Shown here: positions 20,339 through 29,034 of the stretch, piece by piece
Layout of the letters: every line of letters starts with the position of its first letter
How positions within the stretch are numbered: position 1 is the first letter of the stretch
Source of the DNA: an uncultured Bacteroidales bacterium
GTDB taxonomy: Bacteria; Bacteroidota; Bacteroidia; Bacteroidales; PWNQ01
Assembly: GCA_964477095.1 (NCBI GenBank)
Contig: CAYZDA010000005.1
Coordinates: 12,703-76,702 of the forward strand
Direction of reading: 5' to 3'
DNA length: 64,000 nucleotides
Notes under the pieces: model-generated
What the model was told of the DNA's origin: nothing
Database searches by the model: none
Seen by the model: the letters and a program-made list of their open reading frames with translations, nothing else
Program-made: the position numbers and the translations under genes

Positions 20339-21583
20339 ATGGAACAGACTGTTTTTTATATCATCATAGCTGTTATTATAGCGGATTTTGTAGTGGAACG
20401 TATATTGGATATGCTCAATTCATCCAGGGTGGAAAGTGGAATACCAGAGCGTTTCCGCGGCTTCTATGATGAAGAAAAATACCAGAAATCACAGCGGTAC
20501 AAGCAGGCGAAAGATCGTTTTGGCATACTGCTTTCCACTTTATCCTTCGTGATTATTCTGCTGATTTTATGGCAGGAAGGTTTTGCCTGGCTGGATGCTT
20601 TCTGGAGACAATATACCTCAGATGAGATTTTACTGGCACTGCTGTTTTTTGGAAGCATAGCACTGGTTGCTGACATACTGATGACACCTTTTTCATTGTA
20701 TAGCACTTTTGTGATAGAAGAGAAATTTGGCTTCAACAAAATGACGCTGAAAACCTTTTTCCTGGATAAGCTAAAGGGCTGGTTGCTGGGTGCTGTAATC
20801 GGCGGCGGACTGCTGGCTGTTATCCTGTGGATATATCTCGCTGCCGGAGAATATTTCTGGCTGATTGCCTGGGTGGTAGTCAGCGCATTTACCATCTTTT
20901 TCACCATGTTTTATTCTACGCTTATCGTACCGCTATTCAACAAGCAAACACCATTGGAAGACGGCCCGCTGCGTGAAGAAATAGAACAATTTGCCCGGGA
21001 TCAGGGATTCAAACTGGATAATATCTTCGTTATTGACGGCTCTAAACGCTCTTCAAAGTCGAATGCTTATTTCAGCGGACTGGGCCCGAAGAAAAGAATA
21101 GTGTTGTTTGACACACTAATCGAAAACCACAGCAAGGAAGAACTGGTGGCAGTGCTGGCACATGAGATAGGCCACTATAAAAAGAAACATACATTGATTA
21201 ATGCAGGACTGGCCATTGTTCAAACAGGGATATTTCTGTACCTGCTGGGATTATTTGCCGGTAGTGAGCTGATGGCCGGTGCACTGGGAGCCGCAAAAGC
21301 AAGCTTTCATATGGGCATGGTGGCCTTTGGATTATTGTTCACCCCTGTGAATTTCCTGCTTGGATTGCTGATGAATAAACTGTCGAGAAAGTTTGAATAT
21401 CAGGCTGATGAATTTGCCGGAAAACGTTATTCAGCGGAAGCATTGCAAACGGCTCTTAAGAAATTGTCAGCAGATAATCTCTCAAACCTGCATCCTCATC
21501 CTGCATACGTTGCAGTATATTATTCACATCCACCGGTTATGCAAAGACTGCAGTTTCTGGACCAATTCAAAAAAAGTTCCTGA
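20339..21583 (+). CDS. M48 family (Ste24/HtpX-like) zinc metalloprotease
   Basis: 414-aa ORF, multi-TM, with the HExxH motif LAHEIGHYKKKH. Confidence 0.8.
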   Translation: MEQTVFYIIIAVIIADFVVERILDMLNSSRVESGIPERFRGFYDEEKYQKSQRYKQAKDRFGILLSTLSFVIILLILWQEGFAWLDAFWRQYTSDEILLALLFFGSIALVADILMTPFSLYSTFVIEEKFGFNKMTLKTFFLDKLKGWLLGAVIGGGLLAVILWIYLAAGEYFWLIAWVVVSAFTIFFTMFYSTLIVPLFNKQTPLEDGPLREEIEQFARDQGFKLDNIFVIDGSKRSSKSNAYFSGLGPKKRIVLFDTLIENHSKEELVAVLAHEIGHYKKKHTLINAGLAIVQTGIFLYLLGLFAGSELMAGALGAAKASFHMGMVAFGLLFTPVNFLLGLLMNKLSRKFEYQADEFAGKRYSAEALQTALKKLSADNLSNLHPHPAYVAVYYSHPPVMQRLQFLDQFKKSS

Positions 21584-21655
21584 TTTCTATGGCTATGTGC
21601 CTGTTATTTGTTTACTTTGGCGATTCAAAACATTATCTAACATAACATATTAATT

Positions 21656-22162
21656 ATGAGTATTGAAAAAAATAAAGTTGTAGCTATCGACTTCGAACTA
21701 AAACTGAACGATGAAAACGGACCGGTGGTTGAAAAAACAGAAGAAGAACAACCACTCACCTTCTTATTCGGACACGGAAACTTACTTGAAAAATTTGAAG
21801 ACAAACTACAGGGTAAAGAAAAGGGAGATAGCTTTGCATTTGGTTTGAAAAGTGACGAAGCATACGGACAACGCCGCGAGGATATGGTTGTGGATCTGCC
21901 CAAAGATGTCTTTAAAAATGAAAAGGGAGAAATTATGGAAGATATCCTTGTAAAGGATAACTATATCCCCATGAAGGATGAAAGTGGAAATGTATTGCAG
22001 GGAAAAGTGGTTGAAATTAAAGATGATGTGGTAAACATGGACTTTAATCATCCGTTGGCCGGGCAGGATATTCATTTCAGCGGTAAAGTAAAAGATATCC
22101 GCGAAGCAAGCAGGGAAGAAATTGATCATGGCCACGTGCATGACGAGAACACAAAGCACTAA
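21656..22162 (+). CDS. slyD: FKBP-type peptidyl-prolyl isomerase, SlyD-like
   Basis: 168-aa ORF. It has an FKBP core with an IF-domain insert and the block VNMDFNHPLAGQDIHFSGKV. Confidence 0.8.
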   Translation: MSIEKNKVVAIDFELKLNDENGPVVEKTEEEQPLTFLFGHGNLLEKFEDKLQGKEKGDSFAFGLKSDEAYGQRREDMVVDLPKDVFKNEKGEIMEDILVKDNYIPMKDESGNVLQGKVVEIKDDVVNMDFNHPLAGQDIHFSGKVKDIREASREEIDHGHVHDENTKH

Positions 22163-22186
22163 TCATTTCTGAAAGATTATAAAAGA

Positions 22187-22217
22187 AACGCAGCTATCAC
22201 GGTTGCGTTTTTTTTTG
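22187..22217 (+). terminator. rho-independent terminator after slyD
   Basis: Imperfect hairpin AACGCAGC...GGTTGCGTT is followed by a T9 run. Confidence 0.55.
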
Positions 22218-22283
22218 TTGGGCCCGGAAACGATAAGCCCGGAAAGTGGTTTTTTTAAAAAAAAGCTACCGGGAAATTCAAAC

Positions 22284-22311
22284 AAAAAAAAACCGGCAGT
22301 GGCTGCCGGCT
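22284..22311 (-). terminator. rho-independent terminator after rplS
   Basis: On the minus strand, hairpin CCGGCAG-CCA-CTGCCGG is followed by a T9 run (A-run 22284-22292 on the plus strand). Confidence 0.6.
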
Positions 22312-22332
22312 TCAAGTATCTTATAATAACAT

Positions 22333-22686
22333 CTATCGCTTTTCAGCAATCCTGGCTTTCTTACCACGCAGTTCGCGGAAGTAAAAAATCCTTTTGCGGC
22401 GAACTTTTCCTCTTTTCAGCACTTTGATCTGCTGGATGAAAGGTGAATTAACCGGGAATATTCTTTCCACACCTACTCCTGAAGAAATCTTCCTTACAGT
22501 AAAGGTCTTCTTTTCACCTGTTCCTTTTACCTGTATCACGGTTCCCTGGAACGTCTGGGTTCTTTCCTTACTTCCTTCCCTGATAGAGTAATCAATAGCA
22601 ATAGTATCTCCCGCATTAAATTCGGGGAGTTCTTTCTTTTCTACATAAGTATCTTCAACATACTTGATCAGATCCTGCTTATTCAT
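22333..22686 (-). CDS. rplS: 50S ribosomal protein L19
   Basis: 117-aa ORF with a typical L19 sequence (FNAGDTIAIDYSIREGSKERTQTFQGTVI...RRKRIFYFREL). Confidence 0.95.
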   Translation of the reverse strand: MNKQDLIKYVEDTYVEKKELPEFNAGDTIAIDYSIREGSKERTQTFQGTVIQVKGTGEKKTFTVRKISSGVGVERIFPVNSPFIQQIKVLKRGKVRRKRIFYFRELRGKKARIAEKR

Positions 22687-22723
22687 CGCTTTCGTATTTA
22701 TCCGGTTCGCTTAAAAATGAGTG

Positions 22724-22754
22724 CAAATATACGTGTATTTTTCCATTCACCAAA
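22724..22754 (-). promoter_or_regulatory. Bacteroidota sigma-A type promoter for rplS
   Basis: On the minus strand a -33 TTTG (22754-22751) is followed by a 19-nt spacer and then a -7 TATATTTG (22731-22724). This matches TTTG-N19-21-TAnnTTTG and sits about 38 nt upstream of the ATG. Confidence 0.45.
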
Positions 22755-23018
22755 CACTAATCCGGTTAATTTTTTTATTGCAGCGGCAAATGTATTGTTT
22801 TTTAAGACATGCAAAGAGAACTGCCGCTTTTTTTTAGTGTCCTTTTTTAAATTGGCTTATGGATATCCAACAAATGATTCGGCAGTTTTAATGATTTTCC
22901 CCCAAACAATGGCTGATAACAAATTGTTTCTTGCATTTACGCTCATAAATCGTTATATTTAGATGAGTTTATCTTTTTAAGTTGTATATTTGATGCTACA
23001 AAATGCAGGGGGAATGTA

Positions 23019-23399
23019 ATGAATACTAATCCTAAATACTCCAGCTGGATTGATGATGAGAAAAATATCTTTTTCAAAGAGTATTTTGGGAAAATTACTT
23101 TTGAAGATGTAGTGAAAACCTGGGATCTGCTTTTGGAAAATAATCAAATGCCGGAAAATATTAAAGGAATTGTTTTGAATTATCTTCAGGCTGAAATGGA
23201 CATGGGGCCGGAAGCAGCAGAAAAGATAGTGAAATACTACGGCAATCATCCTGAAGCGTTTATAGGGAAAAGAATTGCCATAGTTACTGAAAGACCTAAA
23301 GATATTATTGTTCCTGTTTTAATGCGCGAAGAGGTAAAGGAATTTGAGGTCAGGCCCTTTAGCACCATTGATGCAGCCTGCCAGTGGATTTCCAGATAA
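23019..23399 (+). CDS. hypothetical protein
   Basis: 126-aa ORF with plausible coding composition. No family recognised. Confidence 0.3.
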   Translation: MNTNPKYSSWIDDEKNIFFKEYFGKITFEDVVKTWDLLLENNQMPENIKGIVLNYLQAEMDMGPEAAEKIVKYYGNHPEAFIGKRIAIVTERPKDIIVPVLMREEVKEFEVRPFSTIDAACQWISR

Positions 23400-23496
23400 A
23401 AAAATTAATGTGCTTTCTAATTTATTAACTATTCATGTAACCTGTACATCCTTTTGCCGTTAGAAACGGAATGTTGATATTTTAAACTTCTGAAAA

Positions 23497-24105
23497 ATGC
23501 ATAGAGCCCTCCTTCTACTAATGACAATAGGCCTGAATACTTTGCTGATGGCGCAAAAACCACACGGAACTACTGAAAAAGTGAGAGCAGGATTTTCTTT
23601 GGGAATAAATCATTCCCTGTTGCAAAGTAATAAAGGGCTTTCCGAAAACATGATGATCCACAACGACATTGGTTTTCAAATGGACATGATGGTGGAATAT
23701 GTGCTAAATGACAGGATGCTGATCAACTCCGCCTTTGGTTTCTCGCTCAATGACAGTAAAGTGCTTTCAGGAACTCATGAACTGCCCTACGATGTTTTCG
23801 GGCTCTCTGCTGATTTTATGATCCATGGAATATACAGGTTCAGCACCTCAGCTTTCAGACCGTATATTCTTATCGGCCCCTCACTTATGTGGCCCATGGA
23901 TATAGACAGGAACTACTCCGCTCAATATCCGGCAGGTAAAAACCTGGCTGCGGATATTGGATTTGGGCTTGAAAAAGTGTTTGGTTTTTTAAGCATTTCC
24001 CCCGAATTACGTTACTCCTGGGGCCTGAGTAATGTAAATGCCAATCCGGCTTTAATTTCTCTAACCTATCACCGTGTAAGCTTTTCCTTTAAATTTAAAG
24101 GATAG
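23497..24105 (+). CDS. outer-membrane beta-barrel (porin-family/OmpW-like) protein
   Basis: 202-aa ORF. It has a signal peptide (MHRALLLLMTIGLNTLLMAQ), alternating beta-strand pattern and a C-terminal aromatic residue (FKFKG). Confidence 0.5.
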   Translation: MHRALLLLMTIGLNTLLMAQKPHGTTEKVRAGFSLGINHSLLQSNKGLSENMMIHNDIGFQMDMMVEYVLNDRMLINSAFGFSLNDSKVLSGTHELPYDVFGLSADFMIHGIYRFSTSAFRPYILIGPSLMWPMDIDRNYSAQYPAGKNLAADIGFGLEKVFGFLSISPELRYSWGLSNVNANPALISLTYHRVSFSFKFKG

Positions 24106-24214
24106 GCAGCAGCTCCGGTTTGTTTGACTGATCAGCGATTCACAGGTAGTTATATCTTTTTCCTATCTTTGGATTTTTAAACCATCCATGTGAGGGTGTT
24201 CCCTCGCACCGGCT

Positions 24215-25027
24215 TTGCTTAATCAAATAAAATCTATGATATTCTGGTCATCCGTTGAGTCATTATATCTTTTGTTGCCTCTGGCTGGTCTGATTATCGG
24301 GGCGCTGGCTACCATGACCGGAAGCGGAGGTGGTTTTCTGTTCCCCCTTGCGTTGATATTATTGTTTAAAATCCCGCCACAAATTGCCGTTGCTACTTCG
24401 CTGGTTGCCACTCTGCCGGTGTGTATCACAGGAACCATAGGGCATTACCGGCGTGGCAATATTAACTTTCGCCTCGCCCTGATCTTCGGCTCGGCAGCTA
24501 TTGCAGGGGTTATTGCAGGTGTATTTATCACCCAAAGCCTGAGTGAAGAGCAGTTAAAGATTGGTTTTGGCTTTTATACGATCATTCTTTCAGCAGTGAT
24601 ATTTTTCAACGGATATCCAAAAAAAGATAAAACTTCCGGTCATGAACCTTTACGCAGTAATCTGAAGCGCCCTGGTGGAGGAAGTATAAACGGATTTGCA
24701 GGAGGACTGTTAAGTGGCACCTTCGGCAGCAGCGGAACTATGCCGGTACTGGCCGGGCTGTTTGCCATGAGGCTTCCCCTGCAAACCATTGCAGGTACCT
24801 CCATGTTTGTGGCCCTGATCAATACCTCCATTGCGGTTGGCAGTCATGCTTTAATAGGAAAAATTGATCTTACGCTGGTAAGCTTACTTACTGCTGGTTC
24901 TCTGATAGGTGCGATTTCGGGACCTTTGCTGCTGGCCGGGTTAAATCTAAAAAAATCTAATTCTGCAATCAAAAATACATTTGCGTTTGTTATCTTCGCA
25001 ATCGGGATGGTCTTAATATTAAATTAA
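24215..25027 (+). CDS. TauE/SafE family sulfite/anion exporter
   Basis: 270-aa ORF, multi-TM, with Gly-rich repeats (TGSGGGFLFPL ... GTFGSSGTMPVL) typical of TauE/SafE. Confidence 0.7.
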   Translation: MLNQIKSMIFWSSVESLYLLLPLAGLIIGALATMTGSGGGFLFPLALILLFKIPPQIAVATSLVATLPVCITGTIGHYRRGNINFRLALIFGSAAIAGVIAGVFITQSLSEEQLKIGFGFYTIILSAVIFFNGYPKKDKTSGHEPLRSNLKRPGGGSINGFAGGLLSGTFGSSGTMPVLAGLFAMRLPLQTIAGTSMFVALINTSIAVGSHALIGKIDLTLVSLLTAGSLIGAISGPLLLAGLNLKKSNSAIKNTFAFVIFAIGMVLILN

Positions 25028-25069
25028 CCCGGATTTAATAATAGGGAAAAACAAACTCAAGGATAGTGT

Positions 25070-25795
25070 ATGCTGAAGATATATCTTTTTATTCTTGCAT
25101 ATTTCATACTGGGAGGAATTGGTTTTTATTTTATCAACAGAAAAAAAGACTGGCAACAATCGCGTGAAAACTGGTTGAAATTCATCACCTATTTTGTAAT
25201 CATCAATGTGATTTTTCTCACCTTAGCTTATTTTCCGGTGCTTTTTGCTTATCTGGGGATACTTATCGTGCTGGTGGGAGCGGGCGAGATGCTAAGGTTA
25301 TTTATTAGCTCGGGAAAACAACAGAAAGGTTTCTTTGTTCTTGCTATGATCATATATGTGCTTCTGTCCGGATTTTTTATCAGTTTTACCATGCTGGGCC
25401 AGAAAATCACGCTGTTTACTTTTTTGCTGCTTTCCATTTTTGATGCATTTAGCCAAATCAGCGGACAACTGGCCGGAAAGCACAGGCTGGCGCCTGGTAT
25501 CAGCCCCGGGAAAACCGTGGAGGGCCTTATCGGAGGAATTTTACTCACCTTAGTCAGCTCTGTTTTTCTAAGGGTTGTTATTGATCTGGATGTGAATACC
25601 ACCATATTATTGGCGCTTGCAGTGCTGATAGCTGCTTTTGGCGGTGACATGGCGGCTTCATTATATAAACGCAAATATGATGTAAAAGACTTCAGTAGTT
25701 TACTGCCCGGCCATGGCGGTTTTCTCGACCGTTTCGACAGCCTTATTGCAGGAGGAGCGTTGGTTGCTGTACTGAAAATCACCGGAGTAATATGA
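25070..25795 (+). CDS. phosphatidate cytidylyltransferase (CdsA) family protein
   Basis: 241-aa ORF with the CTP-transferase signature SPGKTVEG...GGDMAASLYKRKYDVKDFSSLLPGHGGFLDRFDS. Confidence 0.8.
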   Translation: MLKIYLFILAYFILGGIGFYFINRKKDWQQSRENWLKFITYFVIINVIFLTLAYFPVLFAYLGILIVLVGAGEMLRLFISSGKQQKGFFVLAMIIYVLLSGFFISFTMLGQKITLFTFLLLSIFDAFSQISGQLAGKHRLAPGISPGKTVEGLIGGILLTLVSSVFLRVVIDLDVNTTILLALAVLIAAFGGDMAASLYKRKYDVKDFSSLLPGHGGFLDRFDSLIAGGALVAVLKITGVI

Positions 25796-25807
25796 TGTAA
25801 TAAAAAA

Positions 25808-26491
25808 TTGTTTGATATGGGGACACAAATAGGACTTACCGTTTTTTTTCTTATTGGCTTTGGAGCCCTGTTGGCTTTCAACGAAATTGTTTACCGCCGG
25901 CTGGCCCTGAAAGGCGAAGTCACCAGAAAGTTTGCCCATTTCACAGCCACTCTTTCCACCATCACATTTCCATACCTGTTTAATGACCATTGGTATGTGT
26001 TGTTTCTGGCTGTGGTGTTTTTCCTGGTTCTATTCATCAGCAGAAATCACACCTATCTGAAATCGATCCATGATATCGACCGTAAATCTCTGGGTAGCTA
26101 TATGTTGCCTGTGGCTATTTATCTCACCTTCCTGATCTCTCAAAAACTTAATAATTCATTGTTGTTTATTCTGCCGATGCTTATTTTGGCTATCAGCGAT
26201 CCGGCTGCGGGAATCCTGGGTATCAATCTTCAAAAATACAACCACAAAATCAGGCTGCCCTGGAAAACCCTTGACAAAACCTGGCTGGGCTCTGCCGCCT
26301 TTTTCCTGTCAGGATTCCTGATCAGTATATTAGCTCTCTATTTCAGGCAGCAGCAACTAAACCTGGAGCTGTTTGCCAGTGCGCTGATCATTTCCCTGGC
26401 CGGTACCCTGTCAGAAATGCTGAGCATTAAAGGTATGGATAACCTGCTGATCCCCATGAGTGTGGTGCTTGTAATGATTATTGTACTGTAA
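25808..26491 (+). CDS. polyprenol (dolichol/phytol) kinase-like membrane protein
   Basis: 227-aa multi-TM ORF. An N-terminal E..RK..H-like block (GEVTRKFAHF) recalls CTP-dependent polyprenol kinases. Assignment is tentative. Confidence 0.35.
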   Translation: MFDMGTQIGLTVFFLIGFGALLAFNEIVYRRLALKGEVTRKFAHFTATLSTITFPYLFNDHWYVLFLAVVFFLVLFISRNHTYLKSIHDIDRKSLGSYMLPVAIYLTFLISQKLNNSLLFILPMLILAISDPAAGILGINLQKYNHKIRLPWKTLDKTWLGSAAFFLSGFLISILALYFRQQQLNLELFASALIISLAGTLSEMLSIKGMDNLLIPMSVVLVMIIVL

Positions 26492-26502
26492 ACAAATATG
26501 TT

Positions 26503-27099
26503 ATGGAGCTCTACTATAAAGATGAAAATATCCTTAATCTCCCTAATCTCATAAGCTCATACCGGCTGATCACATTCCCGGTAATTCTGCTGCTCGGCAT
26601 ATATGGCAATGAGCACTGGTTTGTAATCCTTATTAGTATAAACCTGGTAACCGATATAGTAGATGGCTTTATTGCCCGCGCATTTAACCTCGTTACCCGC
26701 TTTGGTGCTGCACTCGACAACCTGGCGGATATAGGAACATACATACTTGCACTCTTTGGGGTATTTGCTTTTAAATGGGATGTTATAAGTCCGCATGCCT
26801 GGATGCTGTACCTCTTTTTGGGCGTATTTCTGCTAAGCTATCTGGTGGCCTTCGCTCGCTTTGGGAAAATACCCGGCTTACATCTGTATTCCGCTGTGGC
26901 CGCAGGATACCTGCAGGGAGTTTTCTTTTTTGTGCTGTTTGTCTGGCAGTTCCTGCCCTGGCTTTACTTCATCGCTTTAGGCTGGGGAGTGATAGCCTAC
27001 ACCGAAAAAATACTGGTGCTGCTTACTGCCGGCGAAATCCGCCCTGGTCTTAAGGGCCTGTACTGGGTGCTGAAAAGCAAAAAGAAAGTAAATAAGTGA
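26503..27099 (+). CDS. CDP-alcohol phosphatidyltransferase family protein
   Basis: 198-aa ORF with the full signature DIVDGFIARAFNLVTRFGAALDNLADI, i.e. D(x)2DG(x)2AR(x)8G(x)3D(x)3D. Confidence 0.8.
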   Translation: MELYYKDENILNLPNLISSYRLITFPVILLLGIYGNEHWFVILISINLVTDIVDGFIARAFNLVTRFGAALDNLADIGTYILALFGVFAFKWDVISPHAWMLYLFLGVFLLSYLVAFARFGKIPGLHLYSAVAAGYLQGVFFFVLFVWQFLPWLYFIALGWGVIAYTEKILVLLTAGEIRPGLKGLYWVLKSKKKVNK

Positions 27100-27231
27100 T
27101 ATGCGATTAATACCGGGCGTTCGCTTGCAAACTGCAATACCGCAAAGGCACGTATAAGATATCATGCCGCCCGTACGGAGAAAACGGACACCCTGAAGCA
27201 CAAATCAATAATTATCCTGAAGGTTTTTATT

Positions 27232-27380
27232 TGGGCGGCTGCGGGCTACGGCCTATAGCTTTAACCCGCCGCTTTAAGCTGCAGTATGCTGTGGACAGGA
27301 GCTCGCTTACGCTCCGCTCTGCCACAGCACTGCAGCTAAAAGCCGCGTGTCAAAGGCTGCCGGCCTTCGCCCTGCCGCAG
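27232..27380 (-). repeat. GC-rich structured repeat, copy B (inverted relative to copy A)
   Basis: Its reverse complement carries the same ordered blocks as 7103-7262: CGCCCTGCCGCA at 27368-27379, CGCTCTGCCAC at 27315-27325 and GTGGACAGGAGCTC at 27291-27304. Confidence 0.5.
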
Positions 27381-27754
27381 TATTCGCCTTAAACCATCAG
27401 AGTTATTCATTTTCAGGCTTAGCGAGCAATGCCGGTAAGCAGGTAGGCCTCGGATTTACCGCTTGCTGAGCATCCATGACAACAGATCGCATACCTAAAT
27501 CAAAACCTGGACCTTAAGGGCATACTAATCTCCATGCCAACGGCATATGCCGGCAGTAAAAGATCAAATACTTCAGGAATACTCACAATATATGCCCCTG
27601 CGATAAAACCGCCTCAAAGTGAACGGATTTTGCAAACTGCCATGACTGTTAATGAAACCGGCACATCACCCGGAATTACCACTGTTGTTATTACCAATAG
27701 TAACTCACCTCTTTATCCAATTTATTTATCTTTGCCCGGAAAGAGAGAACTGAT

Positions 27755-28939
27755 ATGCTGGCAAGGCTTCTGCTAAATATTATCCTGATCACCTGCTTTA
27801 CAACAGCTGCTGCAGTGGAGTTGAATATTGCCATTTACCATCAAAGCAGTATAACAGCTGTTGATCTGGAATCAGCTTCAGGAAAATACCGGCTTAAGGG
27901 AGATTACGATCATCTGGGACATTATATGCCGGGTACAGGGCTGCACATTAAGGCTGATAACAACCGGGTGCTGGTGTTCAGAAATGATACCTTGCTGGGA
28001 GATTACCATGCCGTTGCTTTCAGAGGTGAGGGCTTTATGAACAGCTTTAGAATAAATCCCGGCAATACGCTGATGGAGGAAAGAGTATATGATGATGATA
28101 TCAGAATTACTGCCAAAGCAGGTTTTCTCAGAATGATCAACCATGTAGGGCTGGAGCATTATGTGGCCGGAGTGGTGCAATCGGAAGGAGGCGGAAGCTC
28201 CAAAGATGTTGAATTTTACCAGGTGCAGGCTATTACCTGCCGTACATATGCACTCAACAACTACCGCAAACACCTCGGTGAAGGATTCAACCTGTGTGAT
28301 GCTGTGCACTGCCAGGTTTATAAAGGAAAATGTGTGAATAGCGACATTCTGCTCGCAACCATGCGCACCTCGGGCGAGGTGGTCGTGAATGAAAACAAAC
28401 AGATGATTTCAGCTTCCTTCCACTCCAATTGTGGCGGGCAAACCATTAATTCCGAAGATGTGTGGAGCATAGCTACACCATATCTGAAATCAATAAGGGA
28501 TACCTTTTGTTGTGATATGCCACATGCACACTGGACCCATGAGTTACCCCGCGATCAGTGGCTGAATTACCTCGAACAAAGATTTAATTATAAACCGGAA
28601 AATAACGGCGAACGCGACAGCGTGCTGATGTTTAGCCAAAAAAACAGGAGGGTAAATCTGGCTGTTGATATTCCGCTGAAAACCGTCAGGAATGATCTGG
28701 GCCTGAAATCCACCTTCTTTGAGATCAGGGAAGAGGGTGATAAGGTAATTTTCACCGGCAAAGGATTTGGGCACGGAGTGGGGATGTGCCAGGAGGGTGC
28801 CATAAAGATGGCGCATCTGGGATATTCCTACCGCGATATCATCCACTTCTATTACCGAAATGTCAGAATTGTCAATTATCATGAATTACCCTACCTGCTG
28901 GAAGAATTCCGGCAGGAGCAGAAAAAGTCGAATTTCTAG
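27755..28939 (+). CDS. SpoIID/LytB domain protein
   Basis: 394-aa ORF with an N-terminal signal/anchor and SpoIID-type blocks (YVAGVVQSE, FHSNCGGQT, GFGHGVGMCQEGA). Confidence 0.75.
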   Translation: MLARLLLNIILITCFTTAAAVELNIAIYHQSSITAVDLESASGKYRLKGDYDHLGHYMPGTGLHIKADNNRVLVFRNDTLLGDYHAVAFRGEGFMNSFRINPGNTLMEERVYDDDIRITAKAGFLRMINHVGLEHYVAGVVQSEGGGSSKDVEFYQVQAITCRTYALNNYRKHLGEGFNLCDAVHCQVYKGKCVNSDILLATMRTSGEVVVNENKQMISASFHSNCGGQTINSEDVWSIATPYLKSIRDTFCCDMPHAHWTHELPRDQWLNYLEQRFNYKPENNGERDSVLMFSQKNRRVNLAVDIPLKTVRNDLGLKSTFFEIREEGDKVIFTGKGFGHGVGMCQEGAIKMAHLGYSYRDIIHFYYRNVRIVNYHELPYLLEEFRQEQKKSNF

Positions 28940-29034
28940 CTTCTCTGATTAATAAGCTCATTTCCTGCCGATTCTTATGAAAAAAAAGATAAAGTTTTTT
29001 TTGCCTGTCTTTTTATTTTTTTTAATTTTAGTTT

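Noticed and set aside
27534-27776. 80-aa ORF upstream of and overlapping the spoIID-like gene
   Set aside because: It has low-complexity Thr/Ser/Pro-rich content, overlaps the better-supported SpoIID start, and has no motif support.
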